Below the pieces are notes generated by a model. It had not been told where the DNA came from, ran no database searches, and saw only the letters and a list, made by a program, of their open reading frames with translations. Shown here in pieces: positions 1-9,426 of a DNA stretch of 32,000 nt. The position numbers and the translations under genes are program-made. The stretch is from Acaryochloris marina S15 (GTDB taxonomy: Bacteria; Cyanobacteriota; Cyanobacteriia; Thermosynechococcales; Thermosynechococcaceae). Numbering within the stretch: the first letter of the stretch is position 1; each line of letters opens with the position of its first letter. Location of the stretch: NCBI RefSeq assembly GCF_018336915.1, contig NZ_CP064923.1, forward strand, positions 4,500,001-4,532,000, in the 5' to 3' direction.

Positions 1-4
1 TCTG

Positions 5-40
5 ACAAAAAGGAGGAGAGGTAGGTTAACCTACCTCTCC
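5..40 (-). terminator. Rho-independent terminator of the rbcL-rbcX-rbcS operon
   Basis: Perfect palindrome ggagaggtaggtt/aacctacctctcc (15-40) lies about 40 nt downstream of the rbcS stop. On the minus strand it is followed by TCCTTTTTG. Confidence 0.7.
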
Positions 41-79
41 GTTCAGCTTAAAAAGCTAATACCCTATTCACACTAGAGT

Positions 80-427
80 TTAGTAAGGGCGGTACCCACT
101 ATTGTTACCAGGCTTCTGAACAATAAAGCTCATCACTTGGCACTGGCGGATATTGTCAAATCCAACCACCCGAACATATTTATCAGAATACTCAGAGCGG
201 CACTCACCAATCTCATACAAAACATCCTGAACAGAAGGATTTTTGAAGAGAGGCAACTTCCACATGGTCCAGTAGTATTCGGTTGGCTCAGGAGAGTCAT
301 TAAACTCAATCGCTGCAATATAGCCTTGATCCAAAATGTACTGAATTTGCCGACGAATCTGATCATCGTTCAGAGGAGGCAAGTAGGAAAAAGTCTCGAA
401 ACGTCTTTCTATGGGTAAAGTTCTCAT
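80..427 (-). CDS. rbcS: RuBisCO small subunit
   Basis: [19 protein letters not shown]...[10 protein letters not shown] is a textbook RbcS sequence. I chose the ATG at 427 because homologues begin MxTLPxERR; the ORF-track start at 463 adds 12 unlikely residues. Last gene of rbcLXS. Confidence 0.95.
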   Translation of the reverse strand: MRTLPIERRFETFSYLPPLNDDQIRRQIQYILDQGYIAAIEFNDSPEPTEYYWTMWKLPLFKNPSVQDVLYEIGECRSEYSDKYVRVVGFDNIRQCQVMSFIVQKPGNNSGYRPY

Positions 428-487
428 GGTTTTATCCGTAGTATTTCCATCAAAAAGCTGCAAAAAAGTTTACGGGCAGAAGAGAGT

Positions 488-889
488 TCAATCCAATTCT
501 TCATCAGCATCCGCTTCAAACACATTGTCATTAGAAGTTGACTCTGGCGTGGACATTTGGGTCATACGCTCAAGGAGCTGTCGCCGATGTCCTACATTCG
601 ATTCTTGAATCCCAGTTTTGACCATTTCTGGCAGGAATTCAACCACTTCTTCTGCTAAATGCTCTCTCACGGTCAACAGCCGTAACGCTAACTCTCGGTT
701 CTCTTGCATGAGTGCTTTGAGATAAAGTTCACCGTCTTGAATTCGATCCGTGGAAGAAAATTCCGACAACCAAATTCCCAGACCGGGGTTTGTCTCATAA
801 AGCTGAGTCACCACCAACTTGGCCGCTTGATAGGTCAAATAGCTGATCAGCACTTGGGCTGTATCTTTGGAAACTCGTTTGTGATCCAT
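488..889 (-). CDS. rbcX: RuBisCO assembly chaperone RbcX
   Basis: KDTAQVLISYLTYQA..TNPGLGIWL..LTVREHLAEEVVEFLPEMV matches RbcX. It sits between rbcL and rbcS as in beta-cyanobacteria. ATG at 889; the ORF-track start at 901 is GTG. Confidence 0.9.
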   Translation of the reverse strand: MDHKRVSKDTAQVLISYLTYQAAKLVVTQLYETNPGLGIWLSEFSSTDRIQDGELYLKALMQENRELALRLLTVREHLAEEVVEFLPEMVKTGIQESNVGHRRQLLERMTQMSTPESTSNDNVFEADADEELD

Positions 890-983
890 GCAATCCAACA
901 CATCCCTGTTTTAAGCAGGGAGTAGATATTGCGTTGAGTTAACTGAGAAAGAAAAGGAATATGTATCTTCCTCTGTCCGTATA

Positions 984-1006
984 AGGGCAAAGACTTTCTT
1001 TGCCCT
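984..1006 (-). other. 9-bp stem-loop in the rbcL-rbcX intercistronic spacer
   Basis: agggcaaag-N5-ctttgccct with no U-tract. Possibly an mRNA processing or stability element rather than a terminator. Confidence 0.35.
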
Positions 1007-1019
1007 AACTTCAAGGGAA

Positions 1020-2450
1020 TTAGACTGTATCCATTGCCTCGAATTCGAACTTGATCTCTTTCCAGACCTCTAAGGCAACAGCCAGTTCAGGACTCCACTT
1101 AGCAGCTTCACGCAGAATGTCGCCACCTTCACGGGTCAAATCACGACCTTCGTTACGAGCTTGGACACAGGCTTCAAGAGCAACCCGGTTAGCTGTTGCA
1201 CCTGGAGCACAACCCCAAGGGTGACCCAAGGTTCCACCACCAAACTGGAGAACAGAGTCATCACCAAAGATCTCAACCAGAGCAGGCATGTGCCAAACGT
1301 GAATACCACCAGAAGCCACAGCCATGACGCCGCCCATAGAAGCCCAGTCTTGGGTGAAGTAGATACCACGAGAGAGATCTTTCTCAACGTAGTTCTCACG
1401 CAAGAGATCCACAAATCCCATGGTGATGCCTTTTTCACCTTCCAACTTACCCACAACTGTACCGGTGTGGATGTGGTCACCACCCGACATGCGGAGGCAC
1501 TTCGAAAGCACGCGGAAGTGCATACCGTGGTTCTTCTGACGGTCAATCACAGCGTGCATGGCGCGGTGAATATGGAGCAGAACGCCATTATCACGACACC
1601 AGTGAGACAACGTAGTGTTAGCTGTGAAACCACCGGTGATAAAGTCATGCATGACGATGGGCATTTCGAGTTCTTTAGCGTACTCGGCCCGCTTCAGCAT
1701 TTCCTCACAGGTAGCCGCGGTGACGTTTAGGTAGTGACCTTTAATTTCACCGGTTTCCGCTTGGGCTTTATGAATGGCTTCAGCTACAAAGAGGAAGCGA
1801 TCGCGCCAGCGCATGAAAGGCTGAGAGTTAATGTTCTCGTCATCCTTGGTGAAGTCAAGACCACCACGTAGACACTCATATACGGCTCTACCGTAGTTCT
1901 TCGCGGATAGACCTAACTTAGGCTTAATGGTACAACCCAACAAAGGACGACCATACTTGTTGATCTTGTCTCGCTCAACCGTAATTCCGTGAGGAGGACC
2001 TTGGAAGGTCTTCATGTAGGCAACAGGAATGCGAATATCTTCAAGACGCAAGGCCCGAAGCGCTTTGAAACCAAACACGTTACCCACAAGGGAGGTCAAC
2101 AAGTTGACGACCGACCCTTCCTCAAACAAGTCGAGGGGATAGGCAATATAGGCAATGTACTGATTATCTTCGTTGGCAACTGCTTCGATGTCGTAGCAAC
2201 GGCCTTTGTATCGATCCAAATCGGTCAACAGGTCAGTCCACACAGTGGTCCAGGTTCCCGTTGAGGATTCAGCCGCAACAGCAGCACCAGCTTCTTCAGG
2301 AGGAACACCTGGTTGAGGAGTCATCCGGAAGGCAGCGAGGATATCTGTATCTTTTGGGGTGTAGTCCGGCGTGTAGTAAGTCAGCTTGTAGTCTTTAACG
2401 CCAGCATCATATCCGGCTTTTGACTGAGTTCTAGTTTGTGAATAGGACAT
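1020..2450 (-). CDS. rbcL: RuBisCO large subunit, form IB
   Basis: 476 aa with [49 protein letters not shown] and a C-terminal [14 protein letters not shown]. Start MSYSQT at 2450. Confidence 0.98.
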   Translation of the reverse strand: MSYSQTRTQSKAGYDAGVKDYKLTYYTPDYTPKDTDILAAFRMTPQPGVPPEEAGAAVAAESSTGTWTTVWTDLLTDLDRYKGRCYDIEAVANEDNQYIAYIAYPLDLFEEGSVVNLLTSLVGNVFGFKALRALRLEDIRIPVAYMKTFQGPPHGITVERDKINKYGRPLLGCTIKPKLGLSAKNYGRAVYECLRGGLDFTKDDENINSQPFMRWRDRFLFVAEAIHKAQAETGEIKGHYLNVTAATCEEMLKRAEYAKELEMPIVMHDFITGGFTANTTLSHWCRDNGVLLHIHRAMHAVIDRQKNHGMHFRVLSKCLRMSGGDHIHTGTVVGKLEGEKGITMGFVDLLRENYVEKDLSRGIYFTQDWASMGGVMAVASGGIHVWHMPALVEIFGDDSVLQFGGGTLGHPWGCAPGATANRVALEACVQARNEGRDLTREGGDILREAAKWSPELAVALEVWKEIKFEFEAMDTV

Positions 2451-2781
2451 GTTGCTCTTGAACAACCTCATCTAAACGTGATAAATCCCGGACAAAACAA
2501 CCGAGGCTAACTTTTCAGATAGCCTGTAAAAAGTGTTGAATTTTATCCTGCAAAAATCGCCTAATGCCAACTCTTCAACGGCAAGCGAACCATAGCTTTC
2601 CTTAGATGGCCGCCTTGAGAGGAATACTGGAGAAAGATATTTCCAACAGAAACACTCTGGAATTGGCTAAAACTCAATTTACCAGAGATTGCATAAGTTT
2701 AACTTTGGAGGTTTTGAACCTTTTGATAAGTAAATCTTATTCAATATAAGTGGATTAAGCGTATTTCATCTTTACAAGGTT

Positions 2782-2799
2782 TTACATTAGCAAATGTAA
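2782..2799. promoter_or_regulatory. Inverted repeat TTACATT-N4-AATGTAA (contains TTA-N7-TAA), candidate LysR-type (RbcR/CmpR-like) site upstream of rbcL
   Basis: Seen in the 640-bp AT-rich divergent region between rbcL and the GNAT gene, about 335 bp upstream of the rbcL ATG. Assignment is by motif resemblance only. Confidence 0.2.
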
Positions 2800-3091
2800 T
2801 CACCCTCGCACAACTCAGACTTAACTTAATTTATTCACACTGAGAAATTTTTAGGTTCATGGAAGTGTCGCCTCTAACCCATACATCAGGGAGAGCACCA
2901 GGATAGCCAGCTCAAATTTTATACATTATGTAATTGTGTAGTAATATTACGACCACCCATCACTCCCACATAGGGGAATAATTCCGACACCAAATCCCAT
3001 CCCGACGGTGACCTGGCTTATACTAACTTAAGTGGTCTTTTGTAAAAAAATTTAGGCCATTCGTTACACTTAGCACTTAACACACTCCTGC

Positions 3092-3643
3092 ATGGGTTTT
3101 TGGAAAAGCTTATTTGGTGGCTCAAACGGGGCGTCTGCTCAGACCTTAGCCCCTGCGAATGGCTCGATTGGGACAGCCCTATCGATTTCCAACAACGGGC
3201 GGGACTCCAAAGCTGCCCCATCTAAAATCACCTTCAGCAAAGATCGCGAAATCGATCTGTATGAGTTAGAAGAGCTTTGCGATGCCGTGGGCTGGTCACG
3301 CCGCCCTATTCGCAAAGTCAAAAAAGCCCTTAAACATAGCTTTATTGTGGTCTCCATGTGGGAGCAACGCGGCAGCTACAATCGCCTCATTGGGTTCTCT
3401 CGAGCCACCTCCGACCATACGTTTAATGCCACAATTTGGGATGTTGTGGTTCATCCTGACTTTCAAGGCCAAGGCCTAGGCAAAGCCTTGATGAAACAAA
3501 TCATTAAAGAACTCCGGCGCGAAGACATTAGCAATATCACCCTCTTTGCCGACCCCCATGTCGTCAACTTTTACCGAGATTTAGGGTTTATGCCCGATCC
3601 AGAAGGGATTAAAGGTATGTTTTGGTATCCCAATTTTCGGTAA
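3092..3643 (+). CDS. GNAT family N-acetyltransferase (cyanobacterial/plastid-type)
   Basis: Acetyl-CoA binding motif [16 protein letters not shown], then NFYRDLGF and a C-terminal KGMFWYP. The ~45-aa N-terminal region is low complexity. Confidence 0.85.
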   Translation: MGFWKSLFGGSNGASAQTLAPANGSIGTALSISNNGRDSKAAPSKITFSKDREIDLYELEELCDAVGWSRRPIRKVKKALKHSFIVVSMWEQRGSYNRLIGFSRATSDHTFNATIWDVVVHPDFQGQGLGKALMKQIIKELRREDISNITLFADPHVVNFYRDLGFMPDPEGIKGMFWYPNFR

Positions 3644-3725
3644 TCATCCCTTAGGTTTTCCTTCCCCTCAATATCATCGTTGCCATCAGAGGAAGAGACT
3701 TCCATCTCTAGACTGGGCTATTCCC

Positions 3726-4604
3726 TTATTCGTTTACAAAATCCTGCAATCTAAAATAGGCTTCGATATAGACAGGGTTTAACTGCATTGCTTGCTCTAA
3801 GGCCACACTAGCCTCTTGATACTCTCCAAATTCAAAATGGGTAACCGCCAATCCCAGAAAGCTCTCGGCATGCCGAATATTCAGTTGAGTGGCTTGCTCA
3901 AAGGCCGTCATCGCTTCTTCTTGAAACCCAATTTGAAACTGGGCTAGGCCCAAACCATAATAGGCGGCATGCAAGTAAGCATTATAGTGAATGGCTTTTT
4001 GATAAGCTAGGGCAGCCTCATCATAGTTTTGAATACGATAAAGAGCACTTGCCAGATTGCAATAGAGTTCAGCATTCTCCGGTGCATAATCCAAGGCTTG
4101 GCTATAAACAACCACCGCTTCGACAAAATCCCGAAATTGATACAAAACACTTCCCAGACCGTTGTGGGCTGCAGCTAAAGTGGGCTGCTTGTGAATCGCC
4201 TGCTTAAAATTATCCTTCGCCCCCATATAGTCTGCTTGCTCATACTTATGCAGCCCTCGCCGCAGCCAAACCACCGCCCAAGAGGTTTCATCCATCTCTT
4301 CCGAATTGAGGGTCGGCTGGCTCGTTACGGTCGGTTGCACCAGGGTCAATCCCTCTAAAGGGTCTGGCGGAAACGGAGATTCAGGCTGTTCAGACCTTTG
4401 ATAGCCAGCTGGCTCCTGATCCTGCTGCTGTGGATTGTCCTGGACTTCCACTTCAGATCCAGAATTAACCAGATCTTCTTCAATTTCATTAGCAAGATTT
4501 AGCCCGCGTTTAATCAACGAAGACATTTGATCATCAACACGGGCATGAAGAGATGGAAGATTGAACTTGCCCTGCTCGGACTGTTCCTTGGGCCCCTCCA
4601 CCAT
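3726..4604 (-). CDS. Tetratricopeptide (TPR) repeat protein
   Basis: The C-terminal two thirds consists of consecutive 34-aa TPR-like units (e.g. AELYCNLASALYRIQNYDEAALAYQKAIHYNAY). The N-terminus is acidic and Pro/Gln-rich. It starts 5 nt after the J-domain gene stop. Confidence 0.8.
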   Translation of the reverse strand: MVEGPKEQSEQGKFNLPSLHARVDDQMSSLIKRGLNLANEIEEDLVNSGSEVEVQDNPQQQDQEPAGYQRSEQPESPFPPDPLEGLTLVQPTVTSQPTLNSEEMDETSWAVVWLRRGLHKYEQADYMGAKDNFKQAIHKQPTLAAAHNGLGSVLYQFRDFVEAVVVYSQALDYAPENAELYCNLASALYRIQNYDEAALAYQKAIHYNAYLHAAYYGLGLAQFQIGFQEEAMTAFEQATQLNIRHAESFLGLAVTHFEFGEYQEASVALEQAMQLNPVYIEAYFRLQDFVNE

Positions 4605-4609
4605 AATCT

Positions 4610-5347
4610 CTATCCCATTTTTTCCTTAAGCTCTGTCAACTGTTGCTGCGCCATCGAGATTTCTTGATCAAAACGGTGCGACATTTCCAACAAAAGATCT
4701 TGCCCAAGTTGTTCCAACTTTACTGCCTTCATCCTCAATTGATGCAAATCTGATTGAGATAGTTGCTGCAATTTATCTTCAATCGACTGCAAGCGCTGTC
4801 GGCTCTGAGCAATTTGACGAATCGTCCGGATTAAATCTGCTGTTATCCCTTCCCCTTGGACAGAGTCTGGGCTACTTTCCCAATCATGCAAAATCGCCCT
4901 AAGACGATCTTCATCCCCCGATTCATAGGCACGATTGACGAAGGCCATCAGTTGTTCGCGGCGGGAACGCTCTTCAGGATCCGTTGCCAGGTCAGGATGA
5001 ATCCGTTTGGCCACTTCTCGATAGAGCTGTTTCAAACGAGCGGATGGCCGAAAGTTGTGGTTAGACGCCATCAACGTTAAATATTTTGAAATTTGGGCAT
5101 TAATCCGCTCTAATTCTTCCTGGCGGATACCCACAACCTGCATATAACGATACTCAAACGAGTGGAGTTCAGCCTGAAACGTAGCCAATTCTAGCTCCCG
5201 TTGTGCTAACTGAGCTTCCAAATCCAATAGCTCTGACTGCTTTCTCTGAAGTTCTAGCTCTTCTGGCGTCGATTGACGAACAAGACTACTACTCATTGAC
5301 TTTGAATCGTGATGTGAGGAGATACTATTAAATCGAGTTATGTTCAA
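4610..5347 (-). CDS. J-domain (DnaJ-like) coiled-coil protein
   Basis: J-domain with HPD tripeptide (LYREVAKRIHPDLATDPEERSRREQLMAFVNRAYESGD) flanked by Q/E/L-rich coiled-coil segments. No Zn-finger or DnaJ C-terminal domain. Start uncertain: TTG at 5347 or ATG at 5296. Confidence 0.75.
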   Translation of the reverse strand: MNITRFNSISSHHDSKSMSSSLVRQSTPEELELQRKQSELLDLEAQLAQRELELATFQAELHSFEYRYMQVVGIRQEELERINAQISKYLTLMASNHNFRPSARLKQLYREVAKRIHPDLATDPEERSRREQLMAFVNRAYESGDEDRLRAILHDWESSPDSVQGEGITADLIRTIRQIAQSRQRLQSIEDKLQQLSQSDLHQLRMKAVKLEQLGQDLLLEMSHRFDQEISMAQQQLTELKEKMG

Positions 5348-5425
5348 GATAGAGAGCGTACCCTAGGAAAATGGCAAACGATGCTGCCATACCTCAGTTG
5401 AAAAGCCAGTTTTATCTAACTTAGC

Positions 5426-6982
5426 TTACTTACCGGTGTTGATGAAAGAGGGGGCTACCGCAATCAGGCTGAGCACCACCAAGCTAGGTAAGAACCAGTT
5501 TCCCCACTGTACATATAAAGTCTGGGTTTGACGACGATAAATTGTGGCAGCATGGGTAGCAAACACCAGAGGTTGCGAACGCCACAAGGTTTGGCCATGG
5601 GGATTAATCACACCAGAGTATCCCGTATTCGTCGAGCGAACAGTCCACCGATCGGTTTCTATGGCTCTCATCACATCATGGGCATGGTGCTGAGCCATCA
5701 TCCGAGTATTATACGGATCGTTATTGGAGGCCGTCAGAATAAACTCTCCGCCTTGGGCAGCTTGTTTCTGAAACAGTTGCGGAAAGGCAGAATCAAAACA
5801 AATCCCTGCGATCGCAGGTCCCCAAGGGGTGAGGAATTGTTGATCCGGCTTACCTAAATTCATCTGTGTACCGACAGGCGTCAACCGACCGATTACCCCA
5901 CCCAACAGAGACTCAAAGGGAATATATTCACCTAAGGGCACAAGCTTAATTTTGTTGTAGCGGCTCAAGATGCTGCCATCAGCCAAAACGGTAATTAAAC
6001 TTTGGGTAATGCGATGGTCTTCAGGCATAAAACTCCCGAGCCAGGCAACCACCTGTTTATCTTGAATTGCCTCTACTAAGGGAGGCTGGTCTCGCCATAA
6101 AAAGGGGAAAGCCCCTTCTGGAGTGAGTACAGCATCAACACCTTGATCGGCCAACTGCCGATAGCCAGCCTCGTAATTTTTACGCCCTAGTTCAAGGCCT
6201 TGCTTAAACAATTTGATCCGGGTTGGGACATTGCCTTGAATAATACCAATATCGAGGGCAGTATCCTGATTAGCCTGCAACGGTTGCAGGTAAAGGCTCA
6301 AACCTAATAGATGTAAACCGATCAAAAGTGCGATCGCAGTGCCACGATACCGCCACCGATGTCGTATAGCGGTCCAACCTTCTGCCAAACAGCCATTAAC
6401 CATCACTAATGCAGCAACGACAACCGTCGGTCCGGAGATCCGCCCCAAATGCAGAATCACTAGGTTCGCTGGGCTTTGAGTATAAGAGATCGGGGTCCAC
6501 CATAATGGAGATTGGGTCCAGAGCCACTCCAATGTCGTCCAAGCTGCTGTTCCCACCAAAATTCGACTATAAATGGGTAACTTGAACGCCCTCCAAGCCA
6601 TCCATCCAGACCAGAAAGCAGCAATCAACGCCCCATAAACCGTTACAAACAGCCAGCAAACAACTGCAATGGTAAGACTAGTCCACCAAGATAGGCCCAT
6701 CCATGTCATGGGATGTAAGCCTGTTAGCCAAGACACGGCAGCACCCTGATACCCAACTCCCCACGCCAGCCCCAGCCGCATCGCCAAGCACACCTGCCCC
6801 TGAGCACGTTTAACGTATATCCACAGGGGCACCAAAGCAACCCATGCAAACCACCAAGTTCCCACTGGTGCGGGGCTAATACCCATTATTAAGCCCGAGA
6901 GAAAAACGAGACCAAACCCTCGCCATCTAACCGAAGAATTTTTCGGTTGGGTACGGTCTTTCACAATATTTTCCACGCGCAT
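5426..6982 (-). CDS. lnt: Apolipoprotein N-acyltransferase
   Basis: Polytopic N-terminal half plus a CN-hydrolase domain. Lnt catalytic-triad contexts are present: LTPEGAF, YNKIKLVPLGEYIPF and GICFDSAFP. Confidence 0.85.
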   Translation of the reverse strand: MRVENIVKDRTQPKNSSVRWRGFGLVFLSGLIMGISPAPVGTWWFAWVALVPLWIYVKRAQGQVCLAMRLGLAWGVGYQGAAVSWLTGLHPMTWMGLSWWTSLTIAVVCWLFVTVYGALIAAFWSGWMAWRAFKLPIYSRILVGTAAWTTLEWLWTQSPLWWTPISYTQSPANLVILHLGRISGPTVVVAALVMVNGCLAEGWTAIRHRWRYRGTAIALLIGLHLLGLSLYLQPLQANQDTALDIGIIQGNVPTRIKLFKQGLELGRKNYEAGYRQLADQGVDAVLTPEGAFPFLWRDQPPLVEAIQDKQVVAWLGSFMPEDHRITQSLITVLADGSILSRYNKIKLVPLGEYIPFESLLGGVIGRLTPVGTQMNLGKPDQQFLTPWGPAIAGICFDSAFPQLFQKQAAQGGEFILTASNNDPYNTRMMAQHHAHDVMRAIETDRWTVRSTNTGYSGVINPHGQTLWRSQPLVFATHAATIYRRQTQTLYVQWGNWFLPSLVVLSLIAVAPSFINTGK

Positions 6983-7185
6983 TCTGGAGCTTGCAGTAAG
7001 GTCTGCTGGCAGTTTACCCTGATTAAGTTTTTCCTGATTCAGGAATCCATTGCGTGCATTAGACCGAGCCCAGTGTTAGTAGCCACCGTACTATCCCTAC
7101 TTTCGAGAAGTTCTTTGACTTCGCTATGCTGGAGTTCAGCAGCCCGCGTAACTATCACAACTTCATTCCCAAACCCGAGGTTTTC

Positions 7186-7509
7186 ATGGACAATAACAAT
7201 TTCCTCAAGCAAATGTTGATGATTGGGGTCGGAACCACCTCTTTTGTCACCGATAAACTTCGGGAAGTCAGTGATCAATGGGTCAATGAAGGACGGTTAA
7301 ATCCCGAGCAAGCTAAAGCTTTTGTAGATGATCTGTTACAACAAATGCGCTCGGACCCAGGAGATTGGGAAGCTCAGATGGAGCGCCAAGTTCGCAATAT
7401 GATGCAAGATTTAGGGTTAGCAAGACAGGCTGAAGTGGATGAATTACGCGGTAGGATTGATCGACTGGAGCGACAAGTGCGAGACTTAGAAAATAAGCTT
7501 TGGCGGTAG
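7186..7509 (+). CDS. Phasin-like (PHA granule regulator family) coiled-coil protein
   Basis: MLMIGVGTTSFVTDKLREVSDQWVNEGRLNPEQAKAFVDDLL plus a C-terminal heptad region. ATG at 7186 is preceded by GAGG. Confidence 0.6.
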   Translation: MDNNNFLKQMLMIGVGTTSFVTDKLREVSDQWVNEGRLNPEQAKAFVDDLLQQMRSDPGDWEAQMERQVRNMMQDLGLARQAEVDELRGRIDRLERQVRDLENKLWR

Positions 7510-7570
7510 CCTCCTCAATCAAAACCAACCATTCAAAGCATCACTGTCCTAAACCGATCGGAGGAACATC

Positions 7571-8107
7571 TTGCGTAATATCTTAATCAGTTTCGGGATT
7601 GTCCTTGTTTGTAGCGCCGTTTTGGTCATTGCCCAAGTTACTAACGGCACTCCCGAAGTATCTGCAGAGCCCTTACAAACAGATAATACTCTAACAACTG
7701 TTGCTGCTATTCCTGTTGCCCAAACACCTACATCTGAAATGAATTCAACTGACACTGAAGATTCTGATTACACCACCACCGCATCTGGCTTGCAATATCG
7801 TGACTTAGTAGAAGGCACAGGTGAGCAACCTATGCTAGGTCAAATGGTTGTCGTTCACTATACTGGCACCTTAACCGATGGGAGCAAATTTGATAGTTCT
7901 CGCGATCGCGGACAGCCATTCTCCTTCCCCATTGGAAAAGGGCGAGTGATCAAAGGTTGGGATGAAGGCGTTGGCACCATGAAAGTAGGCGGTCGTCGGA
8001 AGTTAGTCATTCCTCCTGATTTAGGGTATGGCTCAAGAGGCGCTGGTGGCGTAATCCCCCCCAATGCTACCCTAGTTTTTGATGTTGAACTACTGAGAAT
8101 TCAATAG
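7571..8107 (+). CDS. FKBP-type peptidyl-prolyl cis-trans isomerase with N-terminal signal/anchor
   Basis: FKBP domain [42 protein letters not shown]...[11 protein letters not shown]. Hydrophobic N-terminus. TTG start at 7571 is preceded by GGAGGA. Confidence 0.9.
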   Translation: MRNILISFGIVLVCSAVLVIAQVTNGTPEVSAEPLQTDNTLTTVAAIPVAQTPTSEMNSTDTEDSDYTTTASGLQYRDLVEGTGEQPMLGQMVVVHYTGTLTDGSKFDSSRDRGQPFSFPIGKGRVIKGWDEGVGTMKVGGRRKLVIPPDLGYGSRGAGGVIPPNATLVFDVELLRIQ

Positions 8108-8127
8108 CTTAAGCCTTATATAAACTG

Positions 8128-8168
8128 AAAATAAGCCCGAAATCTATGAAATATCCGGGCTTATTTTT
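8128..8168. terminator. Bidirectional intrinsic terminator between the convergent FKBP and LON-domain genes
   Basis: 12-bp stem aaaataagcccg/cgggcttatttt (8128-8139 / 8156-8167) with an A-tract on one side and a T-tract on the other. Confidence 0.6.
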
Positions 8169-8208
8169 GGTTTTCGGGAGCGATAGGTAAACAAGCCGCT
8201 CAATACAA

Positions 8209-8856
8209 TCAGGGCTCTAATGTATCTTTCAGAACTGTACGCGCTGCTAAATGATTGCGTGTAGACGTCAAAATCTCCGCTTCTCGCTCCAGCCGAGCCT
8301 GAGTGTCCTGCATTTCCAATAGAGATTGTTGCTCTAACGCCGCACCGTAAAAATTACTCGCCACCCAGTAGGAAAGATCTACAGGGAGACTTGGAATATC
8401 ATCTGGAAGGTTAATATCTTGTTCAGTTAGCTTTGCAGAAAGCCTAACAACATCTTGCAACAGCTGTGTGACACTTGTGGTTAAAGCTTGCAAGTCTTGA
8501 TCCTGCAGAGGTTGATCGTCGATCCACTCGACTAATCCAACACGGTAAGGCTTTTCGCGAACATAATGAAGTACCTTAAATCGCTGTTTCCCCAGCGTTA
8601 GGATCATAATTCGATCATCAGGCAGTCTTTCATGCTTTGTGATTTCAGCACAACACCCTACTAAAGCCGCTTCACCTTTGTTAGGGTCCCACATCAAAAC
8701 ACCAAATTGTCGATCCTCTTCCAAAATAGTGTTCATCATTATCCGGTAGCGATATTCGAAAATATGCAACGGTAATGGCCGCCCTGGGAACAGAACTACA
8801 TCAGGAAGAGGGAATAGGGGCAGCTCACGTACAGCAATTGAAGAGGGAATAGCCAT
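8209..8856 (-). CDS. LON substrate-binding (N-terminal) domain protein
   Basis: LPLFPLPDVVLFPGRPLPLHIFEYRYRIM is the Lon N-domain signature. No AAA+ or protease domain. ATG at 8856. Confidence 0.8.
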   Translation of the reverse strand: MAIPSSIAVRELPLFPLPDVVLFPGRPLPLHIFEYRYRIMMNTILEEDRQFGVLMWDPNKGEAALVGCCAEITKHERLPDDRIMILTLGKQRFKVLHYVREKPYRVGLVEWIDDQPLQDQDLQALTTSVTQLLQDVVRLSAKLTEQDINLPDDIPSLPVDLSYWVASNFYGAALEQQSLLEMQDTQARLEREAEILTSTRNHLAARTVLKDTLEP

Positions 8857-8962
8857 TAGCAACGGGAGAGGTGGGATAGGGAGTACTCTTATTCACTCTA
8901 GCCCATGTCCCCCGAAGAATTCACAAACAACTCAGGCAAGCACCTAACAACTACAGTCGAGA

Positions 8963-9280
8963 CTAAAGCTTGACTTCAATATCAACACCAGCAGGCAAAT
9001 CAAGCTTCATCAACGCATCAATAGTTTTGGGTGAAGGCTGATAAATATCAACAATACGACGATGAGTACGTGTTTCGAAGTGCTCACGTGAGTCCTTGTC
9101 TACATGTGGAGATCGTAGAACACAATAAATACGTCGTCGGGTGGGTAAAGGAATAGGTCCAACAGGGGAGGCATTAGTTCGCTTAGCAGTCTCAACGATT
9201 TTGTCACAGGATGTGTCGAGCAAACGGTGATCAAAAGCTTTCAGGCGAATGCGGATTTTTTGTTGCTGGAGAGTTGTCAT
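8963..9280 (-). CDS. rpsJ: 30S ribosomal protein S10
   Basis: [14 protein letters not shown]...[26 protein letters not shown]. It follows tuf as in cyanobacteria and plastids. Confidence 0.97.
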   Translation of the reverse strand: MTTLQQQKIRIRLKAFDHRLLDTSCDKIVETAKRTNASPVGPIPLPTRRRIYCVLRSPHVDKDSREHFETRTHRRIVDIYQPSPKTIDALMKLDLPAGVDIEVKL

Positions 9281-9426
9281 ATCTTAGATCAATCGTTAAG
9301 TTGTCAAGGTTCTGGATGACAGCAAAATTATGTAGAACTGCTGTTAGCAATCGGATCTTGTCAGACAAGCTGAAGGTAAGCACTACCGCTATGCCTCCAG
9401 CTCTATCTTAAGGGCTGTTTAGGAGA

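Noticed and set aside
1136-2264. Long antisense or alternative-frame ORFs inside rbcL (1161..1730 +, 1136..1546 -, 1989..2264 +)
   Set aside because: They lie entirely within the strongly supported rbcL frame, and their translations are low-complexity with no motifs. These are typical shadow ORFs.
2930-2950. NtcA-like GTA-N8-TAC site in the rbcL/GNAT intergenic region
   Set aside because: The candidates are GTA-N7-TAC (2938-2950) and GTA-N8-GTA (2930-2943). Neither has the canonical spacing and half-sites.
5303-5316. CTCCTCACATC on the minus strand, resembling the Yfr1 motif ACUCCUCACAC (a possible Yfr1 gene)
   Set aside because: It lies inside the J-domain protein coding frame (encodes SSHHD). 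It lacks flanking stem-loops and a terminator, and matches only 9/11.
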